Of a DNA stretch of 64,000 nucleotides, positions 42,528-54,287 are shown piece by piece. The translations under genes were made by a program, and so were the position numbers. Below the pieces are notes generated by a model. It did not search any database. It saw nothing but the letters and a program-made list of their open reading frames with translations, and was not told the DNA's origin. The stretch is taken from positions 3,168,001 through 3,232,000 of the forward strand of contig CAWDXG010000004.1 in the NCBI GenBank assembly GCA_963806225.1, given 5' to 3'. This DNA is from an uncultured delta proteobacterium (lineage in GTDB: Bacteria > Myxococcota_A > Polyangia > Polyangiales > Polyangiaceae). Every line of letters starts with the position of its first letter. The stretch's first letter is position 1.

Positions 42528-45029
42528 ATGCGCGTTTCGTATCGATGGCTATGCGAGCTCCTGCCGGCGCTTTCCGCAACGCCGGCAGAGGTCGCTGAAC
42601 GATTGACCACAGCGGGGCTCGAGGTCGAGGCCGTACAGGCCTTCGGGGCCGGGCTCGAGCGCGTGCTGGTGGCAGCGGTGCGCGAGGTCGAGCAGCATCC
42701 GGAGCGTTCCGGGCTGCGGCTCGTGACGGTGGACCGCGGCGGCCAGCAGCAGCGCGTCGTGTGCGGCGCGCCCAACGTCCCCGGACCGGGCGGACTGGTC
42801 GTGCTGGCTCCGGTGGGCACGACGCTGCCTGCGGTCGGGGTCACGCTCACGCCGCGCGACATCGGCGGAGTGGTGAGCGAAGGCATGCTGTGCAGCGAAG
42901 CCGAGCTCGGCCTGGGCGACGGCGCCGACGGCATCCTGGTGCTGCCCGAGGGCACAGCCGAACCGGGCACGCCGCTGCCCGACGCGCTGCCCGGCGCACA
43001 GGACACGCTCTTCGAGCTCGGCGTGACGCCCAATCGCCCCGACGCGCTCGGCCATGTCGGCGTCGCGCGCGAGCTCGGCATGCTGTTCGGGCTCGACTTC
43101 ACGCCCCCGGAGCCCGCCGCTCCCGCGCGCACGGCGGAGGCCGAGCTGGGCTCGCTGATCTCCGTGGACAACGAGGACACGGAGCGCTGCCCGCACTACG
43201 GCGCGGGCGTCGTGCTCGACGTGCAGATCGCGCCGTCGCCGCTCTGGCTCAGATGGCGGCTCTACAGCCTGGGGGTGCGCCCGATCTCGAACGTCGTGGA
43301 CATCACCAACCTGATCCTGCTCGAGTACGGGCAGCCGATGCATGCGTTCGATCTGGATCGCGTGCGGCAGAGCCGTATCGTCGTCCGGCGCGCCCGGGCG
43401 GGCGAACCTTTCACCACGCTGGACGGCGTCGCACGCAAGCTGGTGGAGGATGACCTGGTCATCTGCGACGGCGAGGGCCCGAGCGCACTGGCCGGCGTGA
43501 TGGGCGGCGAGGACAGCGAGATCCGCGACGAGACGCGGCGCGTGCTGCTGGAGTGCGCGTACTTCACGCCGCGCGGCATCCGACGCACGTCGCGTCGCCA
43601 CGCGCTGCATACCGAATCGAGCTTCCGCTTCGAGCGCGGCGTCGACTGGGGCGCCGTACCGCGCGTGCTGGAACACGCCAAATCCCTGCTCACCGAGCTC
43701 TGCTCGGGCGCCGCCGTGCCCGGAGCGCTGCACGCGAAGGGGCCGGCGCCGGCCATCCCGCAGGCGACGCTCCGCTCCGGGCGGCTCGATGCCCTCGTGG
43801 GCAAGCCGATCGATTTCGACGAGGCCCTCGGCATCCTCCGCCGCCTCGGGTTCGGGGTCGGAAGCGTGCAGGGACAAGGAGCAGCCGCTTCGGCGGACGT
43901 GGTCGGCGCGTCGTGGCGTCCCGACATCTCGCGCGAGGTCGACCTGATCGAGGAGGTCGCGCGCGTGCACGGGCTCGATCGCATCCCGACGGTGCTGCCG
44001 GCAATCGCGCCGCAGACGCCACGCAGCTCGGGCCGTCTGGAGCGGGACATCTCCGCCCACGCGGTCAGCCTCGGGCTGTCCGAAGCCATCACCTTCGCGT
44101 TCGTATCGCCGCGCGAGCTCGAGGCCGTGCACGCGCCGCCGCCGGTGGTCCGGCTCTCCTATCCGCTGACCGAGGAACGCAGCGTGATGCGCACCAGCCT
44201 CCTGCCTGGCCTGCTCGAGGCGCTCGGGCGGGCGCGCCGTCGCGGCCAGCCCGACGCGCGGCTGTTCGCGGTCGGCGCGCGCTTCCTGCCGCCGAGCGAT
44301 GCGCCGCGGAGCGCCGCCGCCGAAGCCGCACGGCCGAAGCTCGAGGGTGACGCGCGGGAGCTACCGGAGGAGCGCCCGTCGTTCGCCGCGCTGCTCGCCG
44401 GCACCCGCCCGGCGTACCTGACAGCGCACCCCGACGAGTACGACGTGTACGACGCCAAGGGTCTGGCGCTCGAGCTCGTCGAGCGCATGACCAGGCAGAG
44501 CGCCAGCGTGGAGCACTCCGTCGGCGAGCATGCTCTGCACCTGCACCCGCGCGGCGCGGCTGTGCTCCGCGTCGGCGGCACGACGGTCGGCGTGCTCGGG
44601 CCGCTGCATCCCGACGTGGTCGACGCGCTCGATCTGGGCGGCGGGGCGCAGATCGTCGAGCTCGATCTCGCCGCGCTGGAAGCCGTCGGGCGCGCGGTGC
44701 CGCGCTTCGCGCCGATCCCGCGACTGCCCGCCGTCAGCCGCGACCTGGCACTCGTGGTGCACGACGACGTACCGGCCGGTCGCGTCGAGGCACTGATCCG
44801 CGGGGCTGCGGGCGGGCTGTGCGAGTCGGTCGAGCTGTTCGACCTGTTCCGCGGCGGCTCCGTCCCCGAGCAACACCGCTCCCTCGCCTTCCATGTGGTC
44901 TACCGCGATCCCGGAGCGGCGACCGACCCGGACCATGCGCGCACGCTGACCGACAAGGAGGTCGACGCGCGCCAGGCCGAGGTGATCCGGGCAGCCGAGA
45001 AAGAGCTCGGCGCGTCGCTCAGGAGCTGA
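42528..45029 (+). CDS. pheT: Phenylalanine--tRNA ligase beta subunit
   Basis: VVCGAPN, SEGMLCS, TPNRPDAL, SFRFERGVD, DLIEEVAR and MRTSLLPGLL. Confidence 0.97.
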   Translation: MRVSYRWLCELLPALSATPAEVAERLTTAGLEVEAVQAFGAGLERVLVAAVREVEQHPERSGLRLVTVDRGGQQQRVVCGAPNVPGPGGLVVLAPVGTTLPAVGVTLTPRDIGGVVSEGMLCSEAELGLGDGADGILVLPEGTAEPGTPLPDALPGAQDTLFELGVTPNRPDALGHVGVARELGMLFGLDFTPPEPAAPARTAEAELGSLISVDNEDTERCPHYGAGVVLDVQIAPSPLWLRWRLYSLGVRPISNVVDITNLILLEYGQPMHAFDLDRVRQSRIVVRRARAGEPFTTLDGVARKLVEDDLVICDGEGPSALAGVMGGEDSEIRDETRRVLLECAYFTPRGIRRTSRRHALHTESSFRFERGVDWGAVPRVLEHAKSLLTELCSGAAVPGALHAKGPAPAIPQATLRSGRLDALVGKPIDFDEALGILRRLGFGVGSVQGQGAAASADVVGASWRPDISREVDLIEEVARVHGLDRIPTVLPAIAPQTPRSSGRLERDISAHAVSLGLSEAITFAFVSPRELEAVHAPPPVVRLSYPLTEERSVMRTSLLPGLLEALGRARRRGQPDARLFAVGARFLPPSDAPRSAAAEAARPKLEGDARELPEERPSFAALLAGTRPAYLTAHPDEYDVYDAKGLALELVERMTRQSASVEHSVGEHALHLHPRGAAVLRVGGTTVGVLGPLHPDVVDALDLGGGAQIVELDLAALEAVGRAVPRFAPIPRLPAVSRDLALVVHDDVPAGRVEALIRGAAGGLCESVELFDLFRGGSVPEQHRSLAFHVVYRDPGAATDPDHARTLTDKEVDARQAEVIRAAEKELGASLRS

Positions 45030-45031
45030 CG

Positions 45032-46037
45032 ATGCGGCGCGCGGCATACCGGCTGCTCGCGCCAGCGGTGCTGGTCACAGCGCTCGCGTCACCAGCGCTG
45101 GCAGCCCCGGCGAAGCCCGCGCCGCAGGCGCAGGGCAAGCCCGAAGCCGACAAGAAGCCCGAGGCCGACAAGAAGCCCGAGGCCGACAAGAAGCCCGCAG
45201 AGAAGGCCGCAGAGCCCGGAGCCGGAGCAAAGCCCGGCGCGGAAGAGAAGAGCACCGCCAAGGCGACCCAGGGCGGCACGCCGGCGGAAGAGGCCGAAGA
45301 CAAGAACAAGCCGCCGCCTCCCCCGCCTCCGCCCGCCTCCCCCGCCTCCCCCGCCTCCCCCGCCTCCCCCGCGCGCCGACGAGCAGGAGCCGCACGCCTA
45401 CCTGAAGGTGCCGCCCCCCGACAAGCCGTCGCGCCAGGTCGAGCTCGGCCCGCACTTCGGCGTGGAATACCTACCCGCCGACGGCAACGCGGCCAGCTAC
45501 GACGCCGGGTTCGCGTGGGGCGCACACGCTCGCGTCCTGATCGCGCCGTGGATGGGTTTCCGGCTCTCCTTCACGAACAGCTCGCAGGCGGTCAGCGTGC
45601 GCGATGGGGGGCTCGGCCTGACCGCGGGAACGCGCATCGATCAGCCGGCTCTCTCCGTGCTGCTGCTGCGCGCCCGTCTCGAGCCCACCTGGGTACTAGG
45701 CCCGCGGCTGAGACTCTGGGCAGGCGTAGGCGCAGGCTGGGGGCGCATCTCCGCGCCCTCGCTGACGACGACCGGCACGCAGGCGGACCTGCACAGCCCG
45801 GGACGCAAGGGCGTGATGCTCGAGTTCAGCGGCGCGCTCGGCGCGAGCGTCGACGTGATTCCGGATTGGCTCGCCGCGTCGCTGATGCTGTCGGCCGGCG
45901 CCGTGACGAACCAGAGCGGCGAGGTCTTCAGCCCGTCACAGGCCTTCACCGCCGACGGGCACCGCATCAAGATCGACGGCCTGCCCCACTTCGGCAGCTC
46001 GCTGTCGGCACTGCTCGGCGTCGGCGTGCTGCTCTGA
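45032..46037 (+). CDS. Outer-membrane beta-barrel protein with Pro/Lys/Ala-rich N-terminal linker; frameshift in C-rich repeats ~45330-45400
   Basis: Signal peptide (ALA), KPEADK repeats and a Pro-rich linker, then amphipathic strands in the 45408-46037 frame. Confidence 0.7.
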
Positions 46038-46049
46038 TCCGCACGATAC

Positions 46050-46087
46050 TGTAGCGTTTTGCCACAAACATGTAGCAAAACGCTACA
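46050..46087. repeat. AT-rich 17-bp inverted repeat / double palindrome between convergent genes (copy 2)
   Basis: TGTAGCGTTTTGCCACA-aaca-TGTAGCAAAACGCTACA; arms complementary at 16/17 positions. Confidence 0.9.
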
Positions 46088-46089
46088 TT

Positions 46090-47685
<1,596 letters not shown>

Positions 47686-47973
47686 TTCAATCCTCCAGCT
47701 GGCTGGGCCAGCACATAACATGCCGGAGCGAGCAGGCTCCGGAGAAACCTGGCACAAACTGCGCGTACGCTCAGTGCGCCCCGGCGGGACCGCAGGTGCG
47801 GTAGCCCTTCATCTGGCGCAGCTCTTCCTACTTCCGGGCGCGCGCTCGCGCAAGGCAGCCCGAGGCCCGATCGGCCGATCCGGCCCCACCGGTTGATAGG
47901 CGTCACCCGCCTGCTCGCGACTGGCGCACCGGGCGGGCTTCGACGAAACCTGGTACAAGCCCCAACGCGCACG

Positions 47974-48294
47974 ATGGCGGGAAGTCCCGGCAGATCGTCA
48001 GCCCTGCTCCTGGTGCTGCTCCTTTTCGCGCCGAGCGCTTGCTCGCGCAAGGCTCCGGGCCCGCACGAGTGCTACCAGTTCGCGCTACGCGTCATGGGCG
48101 TGGATAACCCGCGGATGCTGCGCTCGCCGCGTCTCCAGGCCACGGTGGACCAGCTGACCAATCGCTGTCTGACCACGCCTTTCGATCGCAAGCTCCTCGC
48201 GTGTGTGAACCAGCTCGGCGAAGTCCAGCGCTGCTTCTCGGCGTTCCAGGCCCGCCACGCCGAGCCCCGGTTGCCCGGGGCCCAGGGCATGTAG
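47974..48294 (+). CDS. Small Cys-containing lipoprotein
   Basis: PSAC lipobox-like site; four further Cys in a helical pattern. Confidence 0.65.
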   Translation: MAGSPGRSSALLLVLLLFAPSACSRKAPGPHECYQFALRVMGVDNPRMLRSPRLQATVDQLTNRCLTTPFDRKLLACVNQLGEVQRCFSAFQARHAEPRLPGAQGM

Positions 48295-48358
48295 CCAGCA
48301 TGTCCGCCCGGGCGGCGCCACGCTGGGCCCCGGGCGCGAGTCCGGTTACGTTCGGGGG

Positions 48359-48721
48359 ATGCAGCCGCCGTACGGAGCTTCTCCGCCACCTCCGGCCCCG
48401 CAGCAGCAGTTCACGCCGCCGCCGGTCGGCAGCTACGGCGGCACGCCGGCCCCACCCCAGGCGTCGGGCGAAGCAGTGGCCGCGCTGGTGTGCGGGATCG
48501 GCGGGTGGTTCTGCTTCCCACTGGGATTCGCAGCTGTCTGGCTCGGGGCGCGCGCCAGACGTGCCGCCCGCGAGAACCCGGGACGCGTCGGAGGCGAGCA
48601 GATGGCGCTGGCGGGCATGATCATCGGCGGAGTGCTGGGCGGCCTGCAGCTGCTCCTGGTGCTCGTTTATGTAGTCATGATCGTCTTCGCGATCGGTTTT
48701 GCCGCAACCGCCAGTCCTTGA
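48359..48721 (+). CDS. DUF4190-like membrane protein
   Basis: Pro-rich N-terminus; AVAALVCGI and G..MALAGMIIG motifs. Confidence 0.8.
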   Translation: MQPPYGASPPPPAPQQQFTPPPVGSYGGTPAPPQASGEAVAALVCGIGGWFCFPLGFAAVWLGARARRAARENPGRVGGEQMALAGMIIGGVLGGLQLLLVLVYVVMIVFAIGFAATASP

Positions 48722-48814
48722 CCCGGTTTGTGCTTGGCATCGGTCGATCGATGACCGACACTGCGAACTGCTCCGAGAGGAAGTCACCGGCATCTTTTTG
48801 CAGGGGATAGGATC

Positions 48815-49342
48815 ATGTCGAAGCGACTGATGGTAGGCACGCTGACCGTTGGGCTGGGAATCGCCCTCGCGACGGCGTGTAGTTCGAGCGAGAACAACGG
48901 GGGCGGAAGCTCGGGCGGCAGCGGCGGCAGCGCCACCGGTGGAACCGGCGCCGGCGGAAGCGGCGGCAGCGCCACCGGCGGAAGCGGCGGCGGCACGGAC
49001 GGCGGGCAGATCGACGGCTCGGGCGGCACTACCCCTTATGCGGATGCGAACCTCGACGCCCCCTACCAGCTGCCCGACGGCGGCTGCGGGCAGATCTTCT
49101 GCCCGCCGGCGGTGGCAGCGGGTTGCAAGAACGGCTTCCAGTCGCTGAACGACTGCGCGAGCTTCTGTACGCAGGTTGCGCAGTCGACGTGCAACTCCGA
49201 TTGGGAAGCGCTGCTGACCTGCGCGGGTGCGAATCCGGATATCCAGTGCGACTCGACCGGGCAGATCTCGATCACCGGCTGCGACAGCCAGGCGCAGAAG
49301 TTCGGCACGTGCTTCAGCGCGCTGAGCGACGGCGGCAGCTGA
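48815..49342 (+). CDS. Cys-rich lipoprotein with Gly/Ser linker
   Basis: ATAC lipobox, GGSGG linker, 10-Cys C-terminal domain. Confidence 0.8.
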   Translation: MSKRLMVGTLTVGLGIALATACSSSENNGGGSSGGSGGSATGGTGAGGSGGSATGGSGGGTDGGQIDGSGGTTPYADANLDAPYQLPDGGCGQIFCPPAVAAGCKNGFQSLNDCASFCTQVAQSTCNSDWEALLTCAGANPDIQCDSTGQISITGCDSQAQKFGTCFSALSDGGS

Positions 49343-49434
49343 AGAGCGCGACAAGAACCGCCCGGGAAATGGCCTCGTACGCGCGGGGCCAGGCGCTGGC
49401 TTGACCCGATCGACATCGGAGTCGAATACTTGGG

Positions 49435-50496
49435 GTGACACCCTTGAGTAGCCCGGAGCCATTTCTGGAGCCGTCTGACGGCGTGACTCCTCCCGAACGC
49501 GACATCGTCGATCGCCTGGAGGGGCGCGACGAACGCGTACACATCTCGATTGGCGCGGTCTGCAACAACAACTGCATCTTCTGCATGGAGGAAGACCGCG
49601 ACGCGCGCTACGTGAACAACTCGGCGATGACGCCCGAGCGCGTCCGTTGGGTGCTGGAGCGGCACCAGGGGTCCGAGGAGGTCTGCTTCACGTCCGGCGA
49701 GCCGACAACCCGGCCCGAGCTGCCGGACTTCCTGAGCTGGGCGCGGGAGCTCGGCTACCCGCGCATCAGCATGATGACGAACGGACGGCGCATCGGGCAT
49801 TTCCCCTATGCCGTCGCCCTGGCCAAGCGGGGCCTGAACAAGGTCTACGTCTCCATCCACGGGCACACGGCGAAGCTGCACGAGGGGCTGACCCGCACGC
49901 CCGGTTCCTTCGAACAGACTGTCGCGGGGCTCGACAGCGCCACGCGGCTGAAGCCGTACGGCGTGGAGCTCCACACGTCGACGGTGGTTACGAAGCGCAA
50001 CCTACCGCACCTGCTCGACATCTATCGCTTCCTGCGTTCGCACGGCGTCGATCAGGTCGTGTTCAACGTGATGCAGGCGAACGGCCGCGCCAACACGTAC
50101 TTCGAGCAGCTCTTCCCGACCTACACCGAGATCGCGGAAATGTTCCGCCGCTTCGTTGCGGACGTGGCCGAGCCCGAGCCGATGGCGTTCCTGGTCGACA
50201 TCCCGCTGTGCACCACCGAGGGTATCCCCGACTTCAACCGCGGCTACGTCGAGAAGTACCGCCACTTCGATCTGGAAAGCCAGGTCGACCTGCCGGTGCG
50301 CCACGAACAGGAGCGTAAGGGCGACGGGGCCGGTGAAGGGCTCTTGATGGTGTTGCGGTCGGACCTCGACGACGTCCAGCGTGACAAGCGCGAGGACTGC
50401 GCGCGCTGCAGATACTTCGTGCAGTGCGAGGGAGTCTGGCGGAACTACCTTTCGCGCTACGGCTGGGACGAATTCGTCCCGGTGCCGGACAAGTAG
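49435..50496 (+). CDS. Radical SAM protein (HxsC-like, with C-terminal auxiliary Cys motif)
   Basis: CNNNCIFC, FTSGEPT, MMTNG, DIPLC and CARCRYFVQCEG. Confidence 0.92.
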   Translation: MTPLSSPEPFLEPSDGVTPPERDIVDRLEGRDERVHISIGAVCNNNCIFCMEEDRDARYVNNSAMTPERVRWVLERHQGSEEVCFTSGEPTTRPELPDFLSWARELGYPRISMMTNGRRIGHFPYAVALAKRGLNKVYVSIHGHTAKLHEGLTRTPGSFEQTVAGLDSATRLKPYGVELHTSTVVTKRNLPHLLDIYRFLRSHGVDQVVFNVMQANGRANTYFEQLFPTYTEIAEMFRRFVADVAEPEPMAFLVDIPLCTTEGIPDFNRGYVEKYRHFDLESQVDLPVRHEQERKGDGAGEGLLMVLRSDLDDVQRDKREDCARCRYFVQCEGVWRNYLSRYGWDEFVPVPDK

Positions 50497-50500
50497 CCCC

Positions 50501-52450
50501 TCAGCTGTCTCGCGCGCTGCGGCGCAACCGCACTAGATCCGGGCGCGGCATGTGGCCCTCGTGCGGCGCGACGGCCCGACCGGGACCGACCGGCAACGCG
50601 CCCGCTAGCTCGTCGCCGTCGACGGCGAAAGGCTGGATCTCGTCGTCCCCGAAACAGGCGACGTAGTCGCGACGCACGCCGATGCAGTACGGATCGAAGC
50701 TGCAGTCGCGGCAGCGGGGCGCCTTTTGGAACTGGCTGCCGTGATCCCCGCTCCGGTAGATATTGGAGAGATTGTCGCGGTAGTACGCGAGATTGCCGTC
50801 CAGCATGCACGGCGGGTAGCCGCCCTGGCCTATCATGCCGCCGAAGCCGATGTTCGTCTCGAGACAGAAGTCGAGCGCCTCGCGCATGAACGGCTTGATC
50901 TCGGTAAAGGTGGGAATCACCCAGGAATAGACGAGATCGCTGATGCCCTGCGCGATCGCGAAGCAGATGCTCAGGTGGCCGGCTCCCTCCGGGAACACCT
51001 CGCGCAGGAAGCGTACCGTCGCCGGGAGCTCGCGATAGTTGTTCTTGGTGATGACGTGCGCGATCTGGGTCGTGACGCCGAGCGTGCGGAGGTTTCCCAG
51101 GCCCTGCACGGTCTTCGGGAACGCCCCCGGGAGCTTGGTGATCTCGTCCGAGTGCGACGCTTCGACGCTGTGCAAGGACACCGTCGCCTTGTTCAGGCCC
51201 GCGTCGACGAGCGATCTCCCGTAGTCGAGGTTCTCGAGCTTCACACCGTTGGTCTGGATCTCCACCGTGCGGAAGCCGAGACCGCGCGCGTAGGCGATCA
51301 AGCGCGGCAGCTCGGGGTGCAGCGTCGGCTCCCCGCCCGAAAGGACCAGATGGTCGGTCTGCTGCTCGGCGAAGCGCGAGATCTCGCGCTCCAGCTCGCC
51401 GGGGTCGTAGTCGGGAACGGTGCGGTCGACGAAACAGAACGAGCAGGCCATCTGGCAATGGCCGTTGACCCTGAGCAGGGAGCGACCGCGATCCCCGGCA
51501 TCGTTGTCGAAGGCGGAGACGTTCTTGTAGTCGTGCTCTTCAAGGCTGTTGATCCGCTTCAGCCGCCAGGCCATCGAGCGGTCGATCGACACCGGCGAGA
51601 ATTCCTGCTGTCCGAAATACCCGACATAAGAGCGTTCGATTCCGCCGCAGGCCTTCTCGAGCGAGCACGTGGCGCAGGCGTCGACGCGCGTCAGGCCTGC
51701 GCGCTCGCGCCCCAGCCGCCGGATGCGCTGGTGGAACACGCTGGCGAATGCGTCCAGCTCCGACGTGGCACACGGCGCGACGCCCACCCCTCCGGCAAAG
51801 CCATATTCGAGTCCGGAGCGGCGACAGAGTTCGAAGACCCTGGAAGCGATCTCCGCCGCTTCCCGGAAACGCAACAGCGCCGGGCGCAGACCCGGAGCGA
51901 CGTCGCCTATCGACGGCAGGGCCAGCAGGACGCCGTTGGGCTTGGCATGCTCGACGGCTGACTGGATCAGCCGCACGGCGTCGCGGGCGTTCGTGCGGAT
52001 CAAGGGCAGCAGGATGTAGACGCGGAGGCCGCTCCGCGCGGCGTGCCGGAGCCCGAGCATTGCGGGCTCGAATCCGCCCGGATCGCGCAGGACCGCCTCG
52101 TGCGTTCGCGGGCGCGCGCCCCCCACCGCGAGCACGACCTGCTCGATCCCCACGTTCCGGAGGCGCTCGACGCTCGCCGGATCGGCCAGAGCGCGCGCCT
52201 CGCACAGGATGCTGGGCGCCGGCAGGCCGCGCTCCAGCGCGTGCTCGACGATTCGATGGAAATCCGGGTGGTCCTGCGGGTTGCCTCCGGCGAGCACGAG
52301 GCGTTGGCAGGTGCCGGCGTCGATCGCATCGAGCACCTGGAGCACCTGGTCGAGCAGCGCGGGGCGGCCGCTCTCGCGCACGCCGGATCGCTCGAAGCGA
52401 CGCTCGAGAGGATCGCCGTGGAACAGCTCGATCCGCTCCTCGTAGCTCAC
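50501..52450 (-). CDS. Tandem double radical SAM protein; N-terminal domain lacks CxxxCxxC
   Basis: Domain 1: LAGGNP, VAPC, CATCSLEKACGG. Domain 2: CQMACSFC, SGGEPT, IQTNG, GYPPC, CRDCSFDPYCIG. Confidence 0.9.
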   Translation of the reverse strand: MSYEERIELFHGDPLERRFERSGVRESGRPALLDQVLQVLDAIDAGTCQRLVLAGGNPQDHPDFHRIVEHALERGLPAPSILCEARALADPASVERLRNVGIEQVVLAVGGARPRTHEAVLRDPGGFEPAMLGLRHAARSGLRVYILLPLIRTNARDAVRLIQSAVEHAKPNGVLLALPSIGDVAPGLRPALLRFREAAEIASRVFELCRRSGLEYGFAGGVGVAPCATSELDAFASVFHQRIRRLGRERAGLTRVDACATCSLEKACGGIERSYVGYFGQQEFSPVSIDRSMAWRLKRINSLEEHDYKNVSAFDNDAGDRGRSLLRVNGHCQMACSFCFVDRTVPDYDPGELEREISRFAEQQTDHLVLSGGEPTLHPELPRLIAYARGLGFRTVEIQTNGVKLENLDYGRSLVDAGLNKATVSLHSVEASHSDEITKLPGAFPKTVQGLGNLRTLGVTTQIAHVITKNNYRELPATVRFLREVFPEGAGHLSICFAIAQGISDLVYSWVIPTFTEIKPFMREALDFCLETNIGFGGMIGQGGYPPCMLDGNLAYYRDNLSNIYRSGDHGSQFQKAPRCRDCSFDPYCIGVRRDYVACFGDDEIQPFAVDGDELAGALPVGPGRAVAPHEGHMPRPDLVRLRRSARDS

Positions 52451-52472
52451 CTATCAAGTGTGACGGCGGCCG

Positions 52473-54263
52473 CTACGGACTGTCAACGGGAGGCGCCTCG
52501 CCCGCGCTGAAGTCGGCGATCACGCCGAGCGCCGGATCGGTGCGCTCCAGCGTCGCCCACTCCCGCCGCCCACGAAAGAAGCGGATTGCCGTGTCGTCCA
52601 GGACCAGACCGTCCGCGGCCGCCGCCATCCGCGCCAGACGCCGGAAGCCGGCTGGTGCATCCCGCGCCACCTCCACGCCGCGGTATTCGAGCTGGCCTGT
52701 CTGGCGACTGCCGTCGAAGACGAGCAGCTGCTGGTGGCTGAAATACAGAACAGGACGCGACAGCATGCGCTGCAGATCCGCTCGGGCTCCGGGGTGCGCC
52801 TGTTCCAGCTCGGCGAGGGCGGCGCGCGCGTAGCCGAGCGCCCGGTCACAGTCATAACGGCACGGGAAGAACGGAACGAGCATCACGAAGAAGTTGTCGA
52901 GCTCCCACGGCCAGCGGCCGGGCGGCGTTCTCGCCGCGGTCGCATAGCGGTTCCTGCTGTTGTTGCTGCGATCGGCCAGCTCCGAGAAGGCTTCCACACA
53001 GCACGCGGGATAACCCATCAGCTCGCCGAGCTCGCGGGCGGCGGCGGACGGATCCGTTCCGGCTTGCAGCTCCGCTGCCCGGCGGGCGAGCGCGGCGTCC
53101 CGCGAGATGTACAGCTCCACACGCGGCTCACCCAGGTCGCGTCGATCGACCCAGGTGTCGTGGACGTCGGACGCGACGCGGCGTTCCCGCACCTCGACGT
53201 GCGCATCGTTGAACCAGCGTCGGGTGCGCTGGACCTCGGACGGGTCGAGTGTGAGGAAGACGACCGGCTTGAGCCCGGCGCGGAAGGACCACAGTTCGAA
53301 CGGTTCCTGCAGCCGCGGCACCTCCAGCATCCCGGCGTCGGGCCCTGCCTCGAGCGGGCCACGGAGGCCCAGCGGGGCGAGCGGATCGTCCGGGTACCGC
53401 CTTTCCCGAGCTGCAGCCTGGTGGAAACGGCGCGCTCCGATCGGGAGCGGATGGGGAAGGAGGGCCAGCGTGCGGCGCGAAAGCGCGAGCACCGCGCTCG
53501 CGTCGGCCAACGTGTCGCCACCGTGCCGGTCGGGGTCGAGGAGCTGCGCCAGGGCGCGTTCGCTGCCGCCTGCGCTATGGACCCGCCGGACGGCGCTCCG
53601 CCCCGCGTGAAGCTCACGGATCTCCTCGTCCGGTTGCCAGCGCCACGTCGCACTGAAGCCGTCGCCGGTCGCGCGCGCGTCGAGCCGCTGCCCGGACGTC
53701 CGGGCACGGAGCTCGATGCGAACGCCACTCGCTGCCTCGAAGTCCGCCTGGAGAGCGCCTTCGCCCTGCAGGCGCACCGAGCGCGGCTCCGCGCCCGGAA
53801 ACAGACGCCTCAAGAGGGCGAGAGCGTGCACGACGACTTCTTCGAGATCGCCGCCCGGCGCTTCGGGGAGCCCCTCGACGAGCAGCTCGACGTTCGAGAC
53901 GCCGCGGGCGATGACCTGTTCGAACCAGCGCCGGCCCAACGTGACCCAACCGTGCGCCACCTGGACCCCGGAGCGCGCCGGTAGCTGCCCGCCGGCCCAC
54001 AGCGGCAGCGGCGCCTCGACGAGTCCCCGACGCCCGGCCGCTGCGACTTCCAGTGCGGCTTCCAGCGCTGCGCGGGGCGGCAGCGCGATCACGACCCGCG
54101 CATCGGGATGGCGGACCAGCGCCGCCGCGACGCGCTCGCGCGTCGCGGGGCTGACCGTCGCGGCCAGCGTCGTGCGCGGGCTCCGCTCGACGAGCGCGCG
54201 GAAGGCCGTCGCCCGCTCGCCGTCGCCGACGATCAGAACTTGAACGGGCTCGGACTCACCCAT
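52473..54263 (-). CDS. Degenerate Gfo/Idh/MocA-like domain fused to DUF483-like Cys-motif domain
   Basis: N-terminal VLIVGDG, LVEAPL and VAHG; C-terminal GELMGYPACCVEAF and PFFPCRYDC. Confidence 0.7.
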   Translation of the reverse strand: MGESEPVQVLIVGDGERATAFRALVERSPRTTLAATVSPATRERVAAALVRHPDARVVIALPPRAALEAALEVAAAGRRGLVEAPLPLWAGGQLPARSGVQVAHGWVTLGRRWFEQVIARGVSNVELLVEGLPEAPGGDLEEVVVHALALLRRLFPGAEPRSVRLQGEGALQADFEAASGVRIELRARTSGQRLDARATGDGFSATWRWQPDEEIRELHAGRSAVRRVHSAGGSERALAQLLDPDRHGGDTLADASAVLALSRRTLALLPHPLPIGARRFHQAAARERRYPDDPLAPLGLRGPLEAGPDAGMLEVPRLQEPFELWSFRAGLKPVVFLTLDPSEVQRTRRWFNDAHVEVRERRVASDVHDTWVDRRDLGEPRVELYISRDAALARRAAELQAGTDPSAAARELGELMGYPACCVEAFSELADRSNNSRNRYATAARTPPGRWPWELDNFFVMLVPFFPCRYDCDRALGYARAALAELEQAHPGARADLQRMLSRPVLYFSHQQLLVFDGSRQTGQLEYRGVEVARDAPAGFRRLARMAAAADGLVLDDTAIRFFRGRREWATLERTDPALGVIADFSAGEAPPVDSP

Positions 54264-54287
54264 GGCAGACCCAGCGCGCCGGCGACC

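Noticed and set aside
47686..47973. Longer intergenic regions (also 37331-37610) as possible ncRNA, tRNA or riboswitch
   Set aside because: No recognisable tRNA arms or known RNA motifs by eye; an Rfam/Infernal scan would be needed.
49369..49404. Tiny ORF MASYARGQALA upstream of the first rSAM as a RiPP precursor
   Set aside because: 11 aa, no leader/core pattern, no His-Xaa-Ser or other repeats.
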